Assembly: GCA_964187785.1 (NCBI GenBank)
Contig: OZ076409.1
Location: forward strand, 82,648,001 to 82,712,000
DNA length: 64,000 nucleotides
Direction of reading: 5' to 3'
Source of the DNA: Amphiscolops sp. MND2022
Lineage: Eukaryota
How positions within the stretch are numbered: position 1 is the first letter of the stretch; each line of letters begins with the position of its first letter. This document shows, in pieces, positions 37,480-52,378 of the stretch. The notes below the pieces were generated by a model. That model was not told the origin of the DNA and did no database searches. It saw nothing but the letters and a program-made list of their open reading frames with translations. Both the position numbers and the translations under genes were made by a program.

Positions 37480-40400
37480 CGTTATTAGGTCTAGTTTTAA
37501 ACACAGGAGTTATAGCCTTGATACAGGTTTAGACACGTAACTGGCAGGTTCGGCAACGATAACGAGGCATTCTGTTTCGCCGAAGATTGTCGTATCTTTC
37601 AGCACGCCAGGCTCGTGACTCCTGATCCGTGGTACCACTTGTCGAGAAACGGTTTGTGCAGGAGGTAGCTGAGGCATCGATAAAGGTGAGATCGAGAAGT
37701 TGCGAAGATGGAGGACGTGATGGGCGTCCTCTCGAGCACGACGACGGGAATTGACGTCGTGAAACATTATCGTTGGTCGTGTTAATGGGTATGATCGTCT
37801 GTCTGCCACTGCGTAAGGGTAGATGCCCGTAGGCACTAGTTGTTGGCGCAGAGCTAGACTGAGGTAGTTCGAGTAACGTATCGGGTTGAGTGTCATTTTC
37901 TTGGCTAATATTGGACCAGATCGGGAAGTTGCTCAACATATCGGTGAGCGACGGATTAGCCAGTGGGGGAGCTGATGTGCCAATTTGTTGAAGTCTCGTT
38001 ATCAGCAGCATTGTATTACGGCAGTGAAGTGCCGAGATTCGACTCGGTAGAAAATTGTTGATAACGTGGGCTATCAACTTCGCCGGGTACCCTGGTTCAG
38101 AGTCTTGTTTTCGTGGTCTGGATGCTACTGATACTTCAATGGCTTCTACGACAAGGGTTCCTCTTCACAACACGATGGCTCGGAGCGGTCATCGGTGATA
38201 TCTTAAACGGATTGTTCGTTATCTGGACCCATCAATACGATACTTTGGGAATCTCCTGCTGGAAGTCAAACGAGATCTGTTGGTACACCATTATGTGACA
38301 TGAGGTGTTCAAAGTGGACTTTCTCCAGTATCCAATACATACAGGCGTCAGTCCTGTAGCACGCCTGCTACTTTGTGACGACCTCTCCAAACTTTCATCA
38401 GATTGGCTGAGCCTTTGTAAGGCACGTTTTGGGAGACAAATCATAACAGATACAGCAACGCCTTAAGTATTGGTGCAAAAGGAGGTCCTTCGTCCACTTC
38501 GTGTATTTCCTGTTGGCGTTCTCAGATGTGATCAGCATTGGCTTCATGTGAATCGAAGCACTCCGTGACAAAATCTGGATGAAGCAAAGTGGAGGTATTG
38601 CCTTCCCAGTGACTCTGGTTAAAATGTCGGGCGAAAACCCAGTTTTAGCACGGTGCGTAGAATTTTAGGCGTCAATCACCTCAATCAAGACGCTTGTCTC
38701 AAACGCCCAGGTGGGTGGAAAATGGACTCGGATTAGTGTGGATAGGGTTCAGTTCTGTCTTTCGACCAAATCTTGAATTCACTGGTGACCAGCCGTCGAG
38801 GTGACCTAGGTCACTTCCTAGGTTTTCATGTGTTCGGTTGAAACTTCGCCTGGCAAATTAAGAGCATTGTCGGATTCTATTTTTGTAGGAGTATTTTTTC
38901 AACCAAACTTCATATGCAACAGCAGTCGTGAGATCTTTGCGGCGTCGTCTTCGTCATGACTGCAGGGGACGGCTTCGACATACTTAGAGAAATGATCACT
39001 ATTACTGCTGTGTTTGTATTGTGCAAATGGCAAGAGTTCAAATGGTCGAACTGTACGAGTTCAATGAACTAGACAATCTGAATATTCTTGAGGTAGAAAC
39101 GGAGGTCATCAGGTTCGTTTCAGACTTGTTGACATGTTACGCATTGGCTAGCGTCTTGAAATCTTTGGCTAGAAGGGTACTTCACACATAAAACGTCGTT
39201 GGCCTTCATTAGGTGCAGGTCCGTCGTCTGTTTAATGTAGTGGTTCGTTTCCGATGAATTCGTGAGTTACCAGCTTTTTAATGACTTGTATGTGCACGCC
39301 ACAGTTTTGGGCAAGCAATAGGTATTTTTTCTATGGATTGTATTGGCATGTTCATGGAGCTCCTTGACCACACTATTCACCACGAACGTAATTTGTTTCA
39401 CTTGTTTTGTGTCTCTCTACGAAGCTATCTTTGCCGTACCGGCGATAGCATAAGAGGTTTAGAAGAAACATTCGAGATGTAGTAGGTAGTCCTGTCTGCA
39501 TTCTTCAGTGCAGTCAATCCAGTCTCCTCAATACTAGGGATAACAGTCCTCATGTGCCTCGAAGCTAGGTGTTAAATTTTGATATATTTAATATAAAACT
39601 TATTGATTCAATGAAAATTTGATATTTTTAGTCCTTTGGATGACTCGAATTGATGCTTGCATGGACTCACTGTCACTTTCGCCAAATGCAGAGGAAGATA
39701 AGCATGATTTTCGTATCTCTCGTCTTGGACATCAAAACATGGAGCTAGTCGTTGGTGCGCTTGCTGATATCATAGCTTGGCCATTTGAAAAAGTTGTCAC
39801 CCAGGGCCTGAGCTTCGTTGTCAACCCTCAGAGTGAGCTTTCGTCGACACAAGTAGCTGTAAATTTTCAAAATCAAGTAGTAGGCTGCGTACATCTCGAG
39901 TGGTAATGCACTAAGTTTGGCTGGAGAAGAAACACTAGCTATGAGTCGCAGTTTGCGACTCTGGTGGGGTCCTTGTCACTCGTGTAAGAAACCAGTTATA
40001 ACCACTTTCCTTGCGTGCGTGTCTATCACAAATTCCCTTTGAAGGTCTGGTTGAGCTCAGGTCTCAGCCTAAATTAGTGCAATTTTCATGCTGTTGGAGT
40101 CATTCGGCTATTCCCACACAAAAATGTGGCGTTGCTGCCGGTGACTGTAGTAAGAGGAGCACCTAGACAGGAGTGCAAAGGGATACATCCATTAATAGTT
40201 GGCAAAATCCAAGTAATTGGCAATTTAGTTTTGGCAATTTAGTTTTGTTGCGGGGAATTTTCCAGTCGTGCTGCTTGATGACGTCTTTGGGATCAGGTTT
40301 TATCCCTTCAGCTGCAATCACACTCCAGATAAATGATTTCAGACTCATTGAAGTCACATTTGGATACTCTCATGTTGAATCCAGCTTCGCGTAAGCATTC

Positions 40401-43400
40401 AATACCTTCTCGAACTCTCTGCATGTGTTCAACAACAGTTTCTGTTGCTTTTAATATGTTGTCAGTGTAGGCCAAAATCATGCTTCCTTCGCGATTGACT
40501 AATATCGGTAGCGCTGGCTCTATAATTCGCTGGAAAGTAGCAGAAGCACTCAAAAGGGCATACTACACCATTCAGACCGTTGAGAGAGTCCCAGCTGGGT
40601 TCTCTCGTGCGATCCGGTTCTCTTACTGGTATCTGTCAGAAGCCCCATTCAATGTCGATACTGGTGTAGAATTGGTCTTTTTCAAACGCGATAAGCTTTC
40701 ATCGATACGAAGCAGTGAGTACGCAACTTTGATCGTCACTTGATCGTCATGGCGTAAGTCGCAGCAGAAGCGTAGTTCGTAATTCTTCTTTTCAACCATT
40801 GCTATTCCCATCGCCCATTGTGATAAACATGTTGTAAAATGCCAAGTGCTAGGAGGTTCCGTGATTACTGATTGGCACGTTCGGCTTTTTTCGAATGACT
40901 TACGAGGTGTGTCTTCCCGATGTGGCAGAGCACCTGACTCTACCTTCACCAGATGTTGGGCATTTTACATTGCCTAACGTCGCCCTGTGTTTCATGGAAA
41001 AGGTTATCAAGAATTTTCCGCCCGGTTGGACTCCTAAATTTTGAACTTCGTGTAATTACGCTTCAACCACTGGAATCGGGGCCATCTGCTGCAGCTCCGC
41101 GCGCCTTTCAAAATCTCGCTCGTCTACACCGTCATCCGAGGGGTCCTTCGATAACAAAAATCCGAATTCAGTTGAAGAGGAATATTTAGACCTGGGGTCC
41201 ATTTAATTTCATCATAGACTTTACAAATAATTTTTTTTTCTTCTCTCGTGAGCAAAATGGGGTGTGGGCTTCCGGTCCAGAACTGCGAGTACGACTGTCC
41301 CCAAGATGGTGATGCCGCTCTTGATTCGTTGCACATTACTGGTTAGGTGTCCTATCATGGCATATAGGATACCTGTTTCCCCGACAGTAGCCACACTGTC
41401 TTTTGAAAAATGAGGCATTTTTGGATACTGCTTGGCGTTGCAACATTTATCAAAACAAGTCATTGGTGAGCAGTTTTCCTCGCAAGATAAAACGTTCAGG
41501 TTGCAAAACTACTCTTGGTCTAGAGCTACGGACGCTTTCAATGTTTCGCTACTTACTTGTGTATGATTTATTTCGATACTAGTCTAATGGAGACTTACAA
41601 ATGACCTGTCAGGTCCATAAGATCTCGATACGCCGGTAGACAGTACTTTCCCATTAGCATGTCTTCTACACCATGGCATCGTGAACAACTACGAAAATGG
41701 TCTCTAGTTCTTTGTCTCAATACCACCCAGTTGAAACTGCCACCTTCTGTTAACCGAAAAAGTTTAGGGGATTGGTGAATAGACGGTTTACGTTGAAGCA
41801 CTTCCTTCCACTCGCCATTCTTCAGGATGCAGTAGCTATTTTGTTGGTAGTCAAGATTTTTGGAGATATCGCCTAGTATTGATTCTAGCGCGAGCTCCGA
41901 ACGATTCTACCTGAAAGTGTCAAAAGTGGTACGCTCGAAGCTAGTTTCGATTTGTGCCGTTCCACAAGTAACAACAAGGGTGAAGTAATCTGATCTGCTT
42001 CGGGCGGTCGCAACGTCAACACCACTTCATCCTCAGTGGTTGTTTGAGGAGCAGTAGATGGTTCAGCCCAGCGACTGTGAGCTAAATCATCTTGCACAGA
42101 CAGAATTATACTTGGAGGGGCGGCATATTCAGTCCTCCCACAATTACCACAAACACAGAACCAGTACAATTGACTGCCAGATATTTTGGTATTCAACTAG
42201 ATACCCTAGTCATATTCATATGATGCAGCCACTCGGGCTCGTGATGCTAGTTTGCGAGCTTGATCACGCGTAGGTCAATTTCGGAAGAAATAGCAACAGG
42301 TGAAGCGTGGTCCTTAGGTAGCCGTCATATGTTGCATTGGTGCGTGTTCCTGTATAACAGAGGGTGCATCAGGTTGTGACGTTGATTGTTTGGGTTCTGA
42401 TGTCCTGGACTAGGAGGAAGACTAAGGGCCCTGCACTACCATTCAAGCAAACTTCAATAGTTTCACTGGCACGGAATGGTGGGGGCGTGACCTCATAGCA
42501 TATCTCGAGTCATTAAGTTGTTGTGACTTTGGGCTTGTTTGCGATCCATGGCGTTGAAGTTGGCGCTAATGATCTCAACGAGTCGACAGTTGTGGGTCAG
42601 TCAGATCTTTCGGTGGCATACTCTACTGCCAGCTCACGCGGTAGCACTGGGTCTCGTACCCCTCCATAAAATGAATAAGGTTGAATAAGGTAATACTACA
42701 TCCAGTCTTCGTTCTCTTGTTGGGTACGCGGAATCATGACGTTTTGGTTCCGATTGGTAGGGATGTAGTTTCTAGCCTCTTTTTCATTTATAACCAACGC
42801 TTTGTCATTCTTGAAGCACCTCGCACGTCCACGCTCAAAGATGCGCGTCATCACTAGCAACCATCAGTCAATGATACCCTCTTTCGTGCTTTTGTACACC
42901 TCTTTCGCTCTGGATTTAGTGGTGCCAATTCTCTCGATAAAGGCTTGCATCAAGCGTTCGTGAAGCGAATTTGCTCATGTGAAATGGCGTTTTCAGTGGT
43001 GAGAGATCGTGCCAAGCGGCTGCCACGACACAAGCGGATTTGACCCAGTCATATGCTGTTTCCACCACGAACATTACTTTTCTCCTCGTGCTGCTAGCAT
43101 AAAGGGTGCCCGTGGGCAAGCCCTCGTCCGCGGTCTGAACGTTCGATGATGTCTCACCCATTGTTGCATTGGCCGATGTGAGTGTTGTTTTCGTTTCTGT
43201 CGTCGCATCAGCAAATGTTGGATTTCTCGAGTCAGATATTCCCATACTGGAACTTTCTGTAGACATCGGATCGACTCCCGTTTTCAGAACAGCCCGGAGT
43301 TTTGAAAAACGGTGTTTTCTAGTGCTTTTTTCTGTCTTTCTCAGAACTAACAGCGAGTTTTTTGACGCCGTTTTCACCGTAACACGTTAAAAGGTACATA

Positions 43401-44598
43401 CTAACTAGAAATACAAACCCTTAGGCTCTTGCTTGTCAACAACGTTATACTCTTGATGAGTTTTAATTACATCTCAAATTACTCCTAGTAAGTGCTCTAA
43501 AATCAAAGTTTTCGGAATCGAACTATTGTTCAAACTTTTCAAAAGTCAAGCAAAAACAGAATGACTGTGCTTGGGGTGTTCCCCAAGCTTATTACAGCCT
43601 ATATGAGGTTTTTTCAAGTCCGAATCATGTTTCTTCAGTGGCGTTTTCTGCCGTGCTCGAGCCAATTTCAACAAAAACAGGTATACTTCCTCATTAAATA
43701 CGTCTTGCAAAGAGCTCAATCGGCAACTTTGGAGACTTCCAGTAACCAATCCCTTGGGATTCTGAGATACTCTTATTTGCTTCCTGCAAGGTTTGCGGAT
43801 CACACCCAAAGCGCTGTTTCGCCTCAAAAACCTTCAAAAAAGCCTCAAAACATCGCTTCTTTCTAACAAAACAGGTACAAAAACACAAACGTTTTCGAGG
43901 GGCTCTCAAACATTCGCACACAAAAATGTGTAGCAATCGGGAGTTTTTTTAAAACTAGCTCGAAATTATTACACAACCCGGGTTGAGGAGTCGCTCTTTT
44001 TTCCATCATATCTCCTCACCCGATGAGGAGACTAAGGCAACTTTTTCAAGTACCTTCTAAATAAAATACCAAAATCACATTATACAGTGGTATTTTCAGA
44101 AAACACCGTTGAACACCAGGCTAAATGCCTCAAATAACTTTACAAACGTGCTGAAAAAACAGTCTGGTTGACCTTGGAGTCTATCACCAGATTGTCACCT
44201 CTGTTGAAACCCTTAAGGGAAGCTGCGATCACTACCTGGTCGCAATAAAATGGTTGTCTCCATGTAACGACAAGCAATGCTAATTTTGAAGACCTGAAAG
44301 TACCGGCAACAACTGGAAAGTTTCGAAGTCATGGATACTGCCAAGAACCATTCGGTAGAAGTAAGCAGTTGCACCCAGGACGGATAGAAATTGTTCTTAA
44401 ATGCTTGTAGAGATTGTACGGACTTGAAGTAGGACGGTTCAGCTTGACTGCTTTTCAAAAGATTCTTGAATTGATCAATCGGGTCCTTTCATTTTTTTCA
44501 TGTTGACCATACACAAGTGTTTTGGCGTAAGGGCCTTTGTTACAAAATTGATCTTTCAAAGAGACAGTCTGACACCCATTAATTTATAAATCGTCACA
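37480..44598 (-). mobile_element. Highly decayed Ty3/gypsy element (copy E) in the caspase intron; putative 5' LTR 44202-44598
   Basis: RT remnants LRFCCDLR..VAYSLLRIDESL and SASATFQR...LAYTDNIL...KCDF, integrase-like remnants at ~38.7-39.3 kb; TGTGACG...TTCAACA candidate LTR; boundaries approximate. Confidence 0.75.
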
Positions 44599-44671
44599 GT
44601 AATATTGATAAATCAGTCGGATCAGAAATTCCATTTGTTGATTTTTTAAAAATTGAAAATATTGAACTCAC

Positions 44672-45278
44672 TTCTTTTTTCTGTAGAACTGAACTTGCAA
44701 TTAGAGGTGCCCGTGTCTTGCTTTGGACCACGACATGCTTGGAAGAAGAAAAGTTTGGGTTTCCCTCTTAAACCAACACATTTGTTTCCTTGAAATAGCT
44801 CAAGTATCGTTTCCTCATTGATCGAACAGGTGCTTGACGTGAGATCCGACCAGTCCGTAGCACAGAGAGATCCCTCATGTCCATGAGTCATTATAATGAC
44901 AATGCAACAATCATACCTTCCTTGATCGTTGAATATGGCAAACCGTTTCAACACATCTGTCATTTGAGCAATAGTTAAATTCCTCGTTTTTTTATCTTCG
45001 AAAATTTCGAAATTGTAAGCTCGCAGTAACAGTTTAATGTTGTGATCGTCTACGTCAGAACCAATGCGCGGTGGCATGTGATCAAAATCAACATTGTTTA
45101 TAACAAGAGCGTAACCAGGTCGGTCTTGATTGATTTTATAGCAACTATCGTCCAGTTCAGGCCGTATGGATGAGGTTTCGAATTCGATTTCTCTTAGTTT
45201 TCCTTGTTCACCATGCACACTGTTCGAATTATCCAGTTCGTCAATAATTTTTGTGAACTCGGATCTACCGCAGGCCAT
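44672..45278 (-). CDS. Caspase exon 1: short prodomain and large (p20) subunit, effector-like architecture
   Basis: GYALVINN, RIGSDVD, IMTHG (catalytic His), GKPKLFFFQACRG (catalytic Cys); donor A|GTGAGT at 44671; in-frame stop upstream of the ATG. Confidence 0.92.
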
Positions 45279-47094
45279 TATTTCTTCCTCGCAATATCAG
45301 CAGCTACCATGCTGAAACGAGGCATACAATCATTCGAAAGCTTTCAACCAACTGCTTCACTAATCCATCCCAACTTTAAAATTGTTTTTACAGGTTTTAT
45401 ATGAAACGTCTGAAAATTTTTTCACGTTTCTAGTACTGTATATATGCTGTTGAACGAAACTTTTTCTCCTTTTTTCTTTTTTCTTCACATGAATGCCTTA
45501 ATCAGGAACTACGAAAACATCCCAAAAACTGGGCATCGAAATGAAGATTTTGTTTCTTGGGCGTCCTTTAGTATGTTTTAGTAGCTTTCTTAATAGGTCC
45601 TTTAGTACGCTGAGTAGTTCTTTACAAGTTTTTGCATCGATCAATACTGGATCTGCAATTTCAAAAATTCTAAAAACTGAAAATTCGAGCTCAGATAATC
45701 GTGTTCGAGTCTGAAGGTTTTTATTTTTTGGAAGAATGTTTGCAAGATTCGCAAACAGACTTACTCCGATACCGTACAGCATTCAAATGGTAACGTACGA
45801 CAAGAAGGGGTAGAAATGAAGGGGTAGAAAAAAGGATAGAATGCGTAAAAATGAGCCATTTGACTCATTATTAAGACTTTTTTACAAAGAGTAGCAGCAT
45901 GCTAAATGTACGCGAATAGTTTCCATCCGTTTGAACGCTATTAGCAGTCGCTAAATGAGTCTCAGACTCTCCGCAAATTGTGTATTCGAAACTGTTTCAT
46001 GCAATAGGTTTTAGAAGATATTTTTGAAATATTAACAGTTGACCAAACTGACCCCAGAATGTCACCAAAAATTGAAAATGTCCAAAACTTTCCCGTTTTA
46101 ACGTTGTTTGCAATTTTGCTAAAGTTTTGAACAATCTCGTCAATTAGAAAACTCAAAAAGTATAAAGTGAACAACACAGATGTCGAGGATGCTTTTTTGA
46201 AGGAAAATCCGGAACGGTTTGTTGAAAAAATGTTTCAAAATGACCCCAAAAACAACAAAAATGTCTCATGCATTTTTTACAGTTTCGAATAATTTTCTGT
46301 GTTAGCTATCTAGGATGTCTTTTTGAAAAAATATCTAAGACCGTATGATTCATTTTCAAAAGTGTCCCAATGAACCTATGACAGTTTTTAAAGCATACAT
46401 ATTTGACCTTTGAGGGCAATTTTAAAACAAATTTGACACCTTTTGAAAGCTAAGAACATCGAAAGAGCTTAACGACAAGCAGCTACTTATCTGTACACTG
46501 TTACAAAAGGTAATTCAATGTTTTTTAAATGATAAAAATACTCAAACCCTCCTCAAAATGCAAAAAAGATCATTTACTGACTACTTTACGCGAATTCTGT
46601 ATTATTCTATAACTAATCGAAATTATCGAACACCCGCTGACTTAAAAGATGTAACGGCAAGCTCTGGTACAGCAATATCAACCGATTTTGCAACTTTGAC
46701 ATGTTCAGAAATTTTGTCAAAAATTCTAATCCGATGTGTGACGTGGCACTGAGCATGTGATTGCTCTTTTCGCTGTTTCCACGAAATTGGCAGGTACTTC
46801 GACAACAAAGAGCAAGAACGAGCAAAAACACGGGCGCGCCGCCATGACAGAAGCCAGAGACGGCAAGAACGACCGAAAATAGACTCTTTTTGAGGTGCTA
46901 ACACCGGTTTTATCGATTTTCAGCATTATGCTACCCTATGTAGCGGAAACCGTAAAAATGAGTCTTTTCGCCTAAAGATCCTTGTTTGGTGCTTGGAGCC
47001 CCTGCGCCCCAGCTTTTTAGCTGTGTGGTTTGCCATATTCGTGCCTGTTTTCATGTATTTTCAGTGATTTTGGCTGTATTCAGTAGCGCTAGCG

Positions 47095-48076
47095 CTAGTT
47101 TAGATCTTATTCCCCAATTTTAGATCTTATTCACATGTCACCCTGGAACTGGAAATTTACCTTATTCTTGGCATTGTTTTTATATGCTAGTTAAGCGGTG
47201 GTCTTTAGAGAGTCAGAAAGATGCCCGTTACTATTAGCAATCAAAGACTAGGACCGGTTGGACAGTATTCGTCGAAGCACCCGCGGCCCCGGGACGTATT
47301 TCACCCCTGGAGGCAAAATGGATCTGTGGCGATGGGCGCCTGTCCCGAGCGATTCACCCACTTCTGCAGGTTCCTCCACCTCTGTTAACGTGTTAAGCGA
47401 CCGATAACAGCTTGCCGTTACAAGATAACACCCGCAAATAAGAAGCAAAAATTCATCTGAAACGCAAAATTCAAATTATTTCCATTTTTGACCAATGAGT
47501 TGCAGCCTTTAGACAGTTTTGAGCACTTTCGTAGTTACAATGTCCAACAATCTGAACAAAACAATTATCCTCACACTTTCAGAAAAAAGAATCGAAAGTT
47601 TTTTGAGAAAATTACGCAGAAAGCCCATTGAATCCGATTTTTCTTCAGAATTAAACGTGTTAACCAGTTTCCGTACTTCTTTCGAATTTTTAGGTGACTA
47701 TGAATATTCACAGCGTTCACAAACAAAAAGTTATGCTACTAAACATATTTACTAAATATCATACCTGTTATTGTGGTTAGTAACTTGGAGAAGCATTCGT
47801 TTAGTATTGTTATTTTCCGACCCCACATTTTATAAATGGGGGAGGAAAACCATGATCCATGACGCGTTGTTTTTTTCCAAATTTTGCCAAATCTCCACCT
47901 TTTGATTACTTGACTATTTTATAAAGGTACTAGTAACTAAAATAGTCAAGTAACTAAAATAGCATACAGCGGGAATAATATCTATAGTCAAAAAAGGGAA
48001 TAAGATCTGAAGGGAATACGATCTGAAATTTCAGGGCGGGAATAAGATTTAAAAGGAATAAGATCTAAAATCACTA
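47095..48076. mobile_element. Possible non-autonomous TIR element
   Basis: TTTTAGATCTTATTCC repeats on the left, GGAATAAGATCT(AAAA) repeats on the right; TSD not established. Confidence 0.45.
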
Positions 48077-48759
48077 AATTTTTGATCCTATTCTTTAGAT
48101 CCTATTCCCCCTCCCAAAATAGCTATGGCTCAGTTGGTGAAGGCGAACAGGGCGGGAAATATCCCGGTGCTCTCAGCAGGCGTCTTGTTCAAAGCAAAGA
48201 GTGAGCTGAATTGAAAAGTGTAGACGTTGTCACTCTCGAGCTTTAAAATGTTATAGCTAATTTGGTCCATGCAGAACATATTCTGCTGTTCAGTAGATTT
48301 GTGATATTTTCAAATAAGAGCTTACTTTATCGACTCTTAACTAGAAATTAACCTTCTCGAAGAGAAAAACATAACATTTTTTTTGCATTCCGAGACTCCC
48401 ATGAGATCTGAAGTATAGTAAAACAAAATTTTGTAGTTTCCAGTCAGGAGTATTAGATCAATCGCTTTTGGTTCATTATCTAGTATTGACTGTGTGAATT
48501 GTCATTTTTTGAGTCCTCGAGTAGCAACTATATCCTCACCAATCTTAGTTGGCCATAGTGACTACTGATGGTTTTTCACAATCAATAGTTCTACGAAAAG
48601 TCCCTTTTGATCATCTACATACTTCCTTTGAGCTGTAAACGAGTCCCCTTCAATAACAACAACCCATACCGGATTTAACGCAAACCGCGGTATAACGAAA
48701 TCCCGATACAACGTACACGGGGAAAACGTGACTTGGAGAATTTTTGCTACAATACTGCT

Positions 48760-49515
48760 ACAACAGGGTCCCCCTTTTAATTTTTAGGATATTTAGAGTC
48801 GATACAAAATCATTTGAAGCCAGTTTCCCTCCCCCCTTTGGATTTTTTGGGTATTGTGAGACCTGATTTTTGTTTCAACTTAACCGTAAAGCTGTTTTTT
48901 TTTCAATACTTTATCATATTTTGTTTAGGCTCTTTTGGCCATGTACTTTTTTCCGAAACTTTCAATTGGTCTCGTTTTGCAGTAAAAGAACTTCTTTTAC
49001 TTGAAGTAGCTGTTTTGATAATTGAAGTAGAAGAAAAAAACATGAGTACAATGATTCATGAACTAAATCCCGCAACTTTCCAACAACCAGATAAGAAGTC
49101 ATGAACAAAACATGATCAAAATTTTTGGACTCAAAACTTCAGGTTTCGAGATAGCAAAAGATAATTATTTGAAACTATAATAACTATAATTTTCATTATG
49201 TACTTTATGAAATGTATTCTATATTGCTACTCATCAGTATCCTCCTACTATCATAGCTGATTTCGACTTGAGAAAATGTAGTTGTTCGAGTTGAACTTCA
49301 AGGTTGCTTCACCTGAACTTCATCCTTGAAGGTTCCTTTTTCGGCATTATGAGACTTCCCGAACAGGAAATCGAAAATTTGGTTTTTCCAGTTGGAGAAG
49401 GTTTCCCAGTCGTATGCGCATCCTTTAGGGTCTTTTTCGGCACTGAGAAAATAGTAAAACCTTAAAAACAGTGTTCTTGGCATTTTCACGTGACTTGGGC
49501 CGGTCCCGATTTATT
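48760..49515. mobile_element. Diverged relative of the 17675-18032 MITE-like repeat
   Basis: AGGGTCCCCCTTT, TTTTTCGGCA(C/T)T.TGAGAC and terminal TTGGGCCGGTCCCGATTT motifs. Confidence 0.5.
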
Positions 49516-49749
49516 TCTTTTTTACATGTTAGTTTAAAATTACCGCCACTTTGGAAGGTAGTGATCTCCTTCATAAAAGAAAGTGGTGTTTAAGGAAGAA
49601 AGAAAGTTTCTTAAAACAAGATCACGGACATCAATGTCCGAACTGTGGCACAATCACAGCCATTACGTTCCGTAACACGACCTCACTATGACATTCAGAG
49701 GTTGGAAATTATAAAATGTGTATTTCATTAAGTGCCTGTGTTGACATTC

Positions 49750-49850
49750 CATGGATATCTTACAACGATCTTGAAAAAATCTCGACTAAGATCTTGCAAA
49801 ACTCTTGCCAAGATTTTCAGGATGTCATGGTAAGATCTTATCAAGACAAG
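49750..49850. repeat. Subterminal-repeat fragment related to the 5742-7084 CACTA family
   Basis: AAGATCTTGCAA, CTCTTGCCAAGA and AAGATCTTATCAAGA motifs. Confidence 0.45.
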
Positions 49851-50044
49851 CATGTTTCGAAGAAGTATCATGCAAAGAAGGCCAAGATGGCAAAACATCC
49901 TTATAAACACCCAAAATTTGCTACAAACTGCTCGATATCCAGTACAAAAAGTAGCCTCAGAAAACCATTTAATCAAAAGGTATTGAGAAATAATGTAGAA
50001 TTCACTCAAAACAAGAGAGTTACATGATGATCACAAGAACCAGT

Positions 50045-52378
50045 TGTCACAGCCCGCTCCCGGTCTGGCTTGTGGTTGCCGACGACTGAAGATCGGGAGA
50101 GGACATGGAGGCAATCTGAGATTCCCCAAATCTTATTTTAACTGGTAACTCTAAAACTTTGTCTTTGAAATAAACTGTGACTAGAAATGTGAAAATACAT
50201 CTACGTCGCGCAAACTTTAACTGGAAATGAAAACAGAGAACAAAATGAGCCAAAATGATTTCACGCATTTCCGGTAAGACGTATTCGCCACGTCAAAATA
50301 GCAACATTCGCCACCTGAAAACTAAATTGAAATACGTTCTGAAACAAAGAAAACATGGTCTAATCTAAATGAAAACGTAGTCAAAATCATCTCCCAAAAG
50401 AACATCAATCAGATCTAAAACAGAAAATACACTGAGACGGCACACCGATTGATTTAAGCCTTTTCTTAGAAAGGCAGCTTAATTACTCTTTGAACAGCAA
50501 TTAAAGTGGTTTAGGACGTCAATACTGCGCTGAGTAAACAAAGCGGCGAAAGAAATATGAATACATGTATATTTGTCGTCAGTAAGACGCAGACAAGTTT
50601 GAAGGTATACCAATTGACGTCACTGCCTCGCATACGCGTACCAGCAAATCATTCCAATTTACCGCCACTGTGACGTCACTGCCCCGGCAGCTAGCGAGAG
50701 ACTCATTTCTAAAATACTCGTCAGCATTGCGTCGAATTAGTCAAATCTCTACTCTACCAAGAAAACTTGTCAACATGACGTCGACAAGTTTATAAAGCTC
50801 AAAATTCTGCCAAGAAAACTCGTCAACACGACGTTGCCATGTTTATGAGATTGAACAAAATGGATGTATTTGTAAGATCAGATAAGGTTTTCGTCGCGCT
50901 AAAGTTGCTATTATGCTAAGAGAAAATACTCGCAGGTTATTTCAATTCGTAAAATAAGTGTAGATACGGCATTCCTATAACTTAAGGTACTGGCTTAAAG
51001 TAGTTTCGACACATATAGGATAGTTTAAATCCACGGTAATTGATCGTCTCGCATTTATCAACAACGAGGAAATTCCCTTACATAAACCATTTTTGCTCTA
51101 TGTGAGTTCATAGTAAAATAATCAGAAAGTCACAGTTTATGCTTTCAGCTAAAGTATATTTTGTACTGAAAATGTATTTTCATATACTTCGCACTTTATA
51201 CCCTATGATATTGGACGCTATATTTATGATCAAGATCATATTTTCCATACTAATTCACTTGTTGGTATCCATTAAATGCGTTGCATTGTCGTTGCTATTT
51301 AACAAACGTTGCTGTTAATTTTGTAAAACTTGTCGCACTTGTCACGACATGACAAATTCGCTAATGATGTATTATTTGGTACCATGTTTTTTAATTCTAT
51401 TTCTGACGAAAGAATGAGTCCAAATTCATAAATTATCGTCTTAGCATCGTTCAAATAATCACGCTTTGAAATTAGTCATAGCATTTTGATCATGCCGAAT
51501 TTCAAAATCAGGTATTTGTTGTTCACGTCAGCGTCATCTTATCGTCAATTTCCCGCGAACCAAAGCAGTAAAACAGAGAAGCATTTCCGGTTTGACAGAC
51601 TGAAGTAATATCTACTTTGGGAGGAAGCAAAAGGACGCCGGGATGAAATGATATGATCATGTTTGATGACTAATGCTAGTTTAAAATTGTCGTGTCTTAA
51701 AAATCGACGAAATGTCGACGCAAATTTGGGAACTTCGTGATTTTTTCATCGATAAAACAGGAAATGACTAATTGTTCGAGGAAATTAGGGATTATAGCTG
51801 TGATCAAATGATGCTGGGAAGGTATAAATATGATAGGATTTGATGATTAGGGGACTCAGTCTTTTGCAATTGTTCAATTCAATTGAATTTCAATTTCGCT
51901 AAACTCTCAATTTGTCTAACTTTGTTAGAAAATATCTCTGCAAGAAATCAATTCTTCAAGAAAAAACTTTTCTACAACAAAATGTCAACAACAAGAAGCC
52001 AAAAAAGAAGGAATGACCAGCAAGGAAGTGAAAGAAATGTAAGTGAAGGTTTTGTTTCACCAATAGTAATGGAAACTCCCTGTTCCTCAGGTCTAGGCGT
52101 GGAAGTAGCAGGCCCATCTAGACCAAAATCACCCCGAATCGAAAATAGCCTCTTAGAGAGCCTAAGAACTTCTTTGAAAGAGGAGATAACTTCCGAGATT
52201 AAAAATCTCCTCATCGAACCTCAAAAGGAGATGTTGGAACTCCTTAAACCTAAAACAGGAGAGAATATTAGAGATAATCTCGATGAGGAAACGGAGAACG
52301 AAACTAGAAACTTTTATACTCCGACAAAATCAGTAAGAATAAATTCTTTGCAAAACGACCCGAACATAAGTTGCAACA
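50045..52378 (+). repeat. 5' LTR of copy D (2334 bp)
   Basis: TGTCACA...TGCAACA followed by PBS TGGTGACAG; end position supported by the homologous LTR end at 12006. Confidence 0.85.
51823..51860 (+). promoter_or_regulatory. LTR TATA box and TCAGT initiator
   Basis: GGTATAAATATG...CTCAGTC, conserved with 11485-11518. Confidence 0.65.

Noticed and set aside
48121..48195. tRNA or tRNA-derived SINE (TGGCTCAGTTGG A-box-like motif)
   Set aside because: No convincing cloverleaf, canonical B box or second copy
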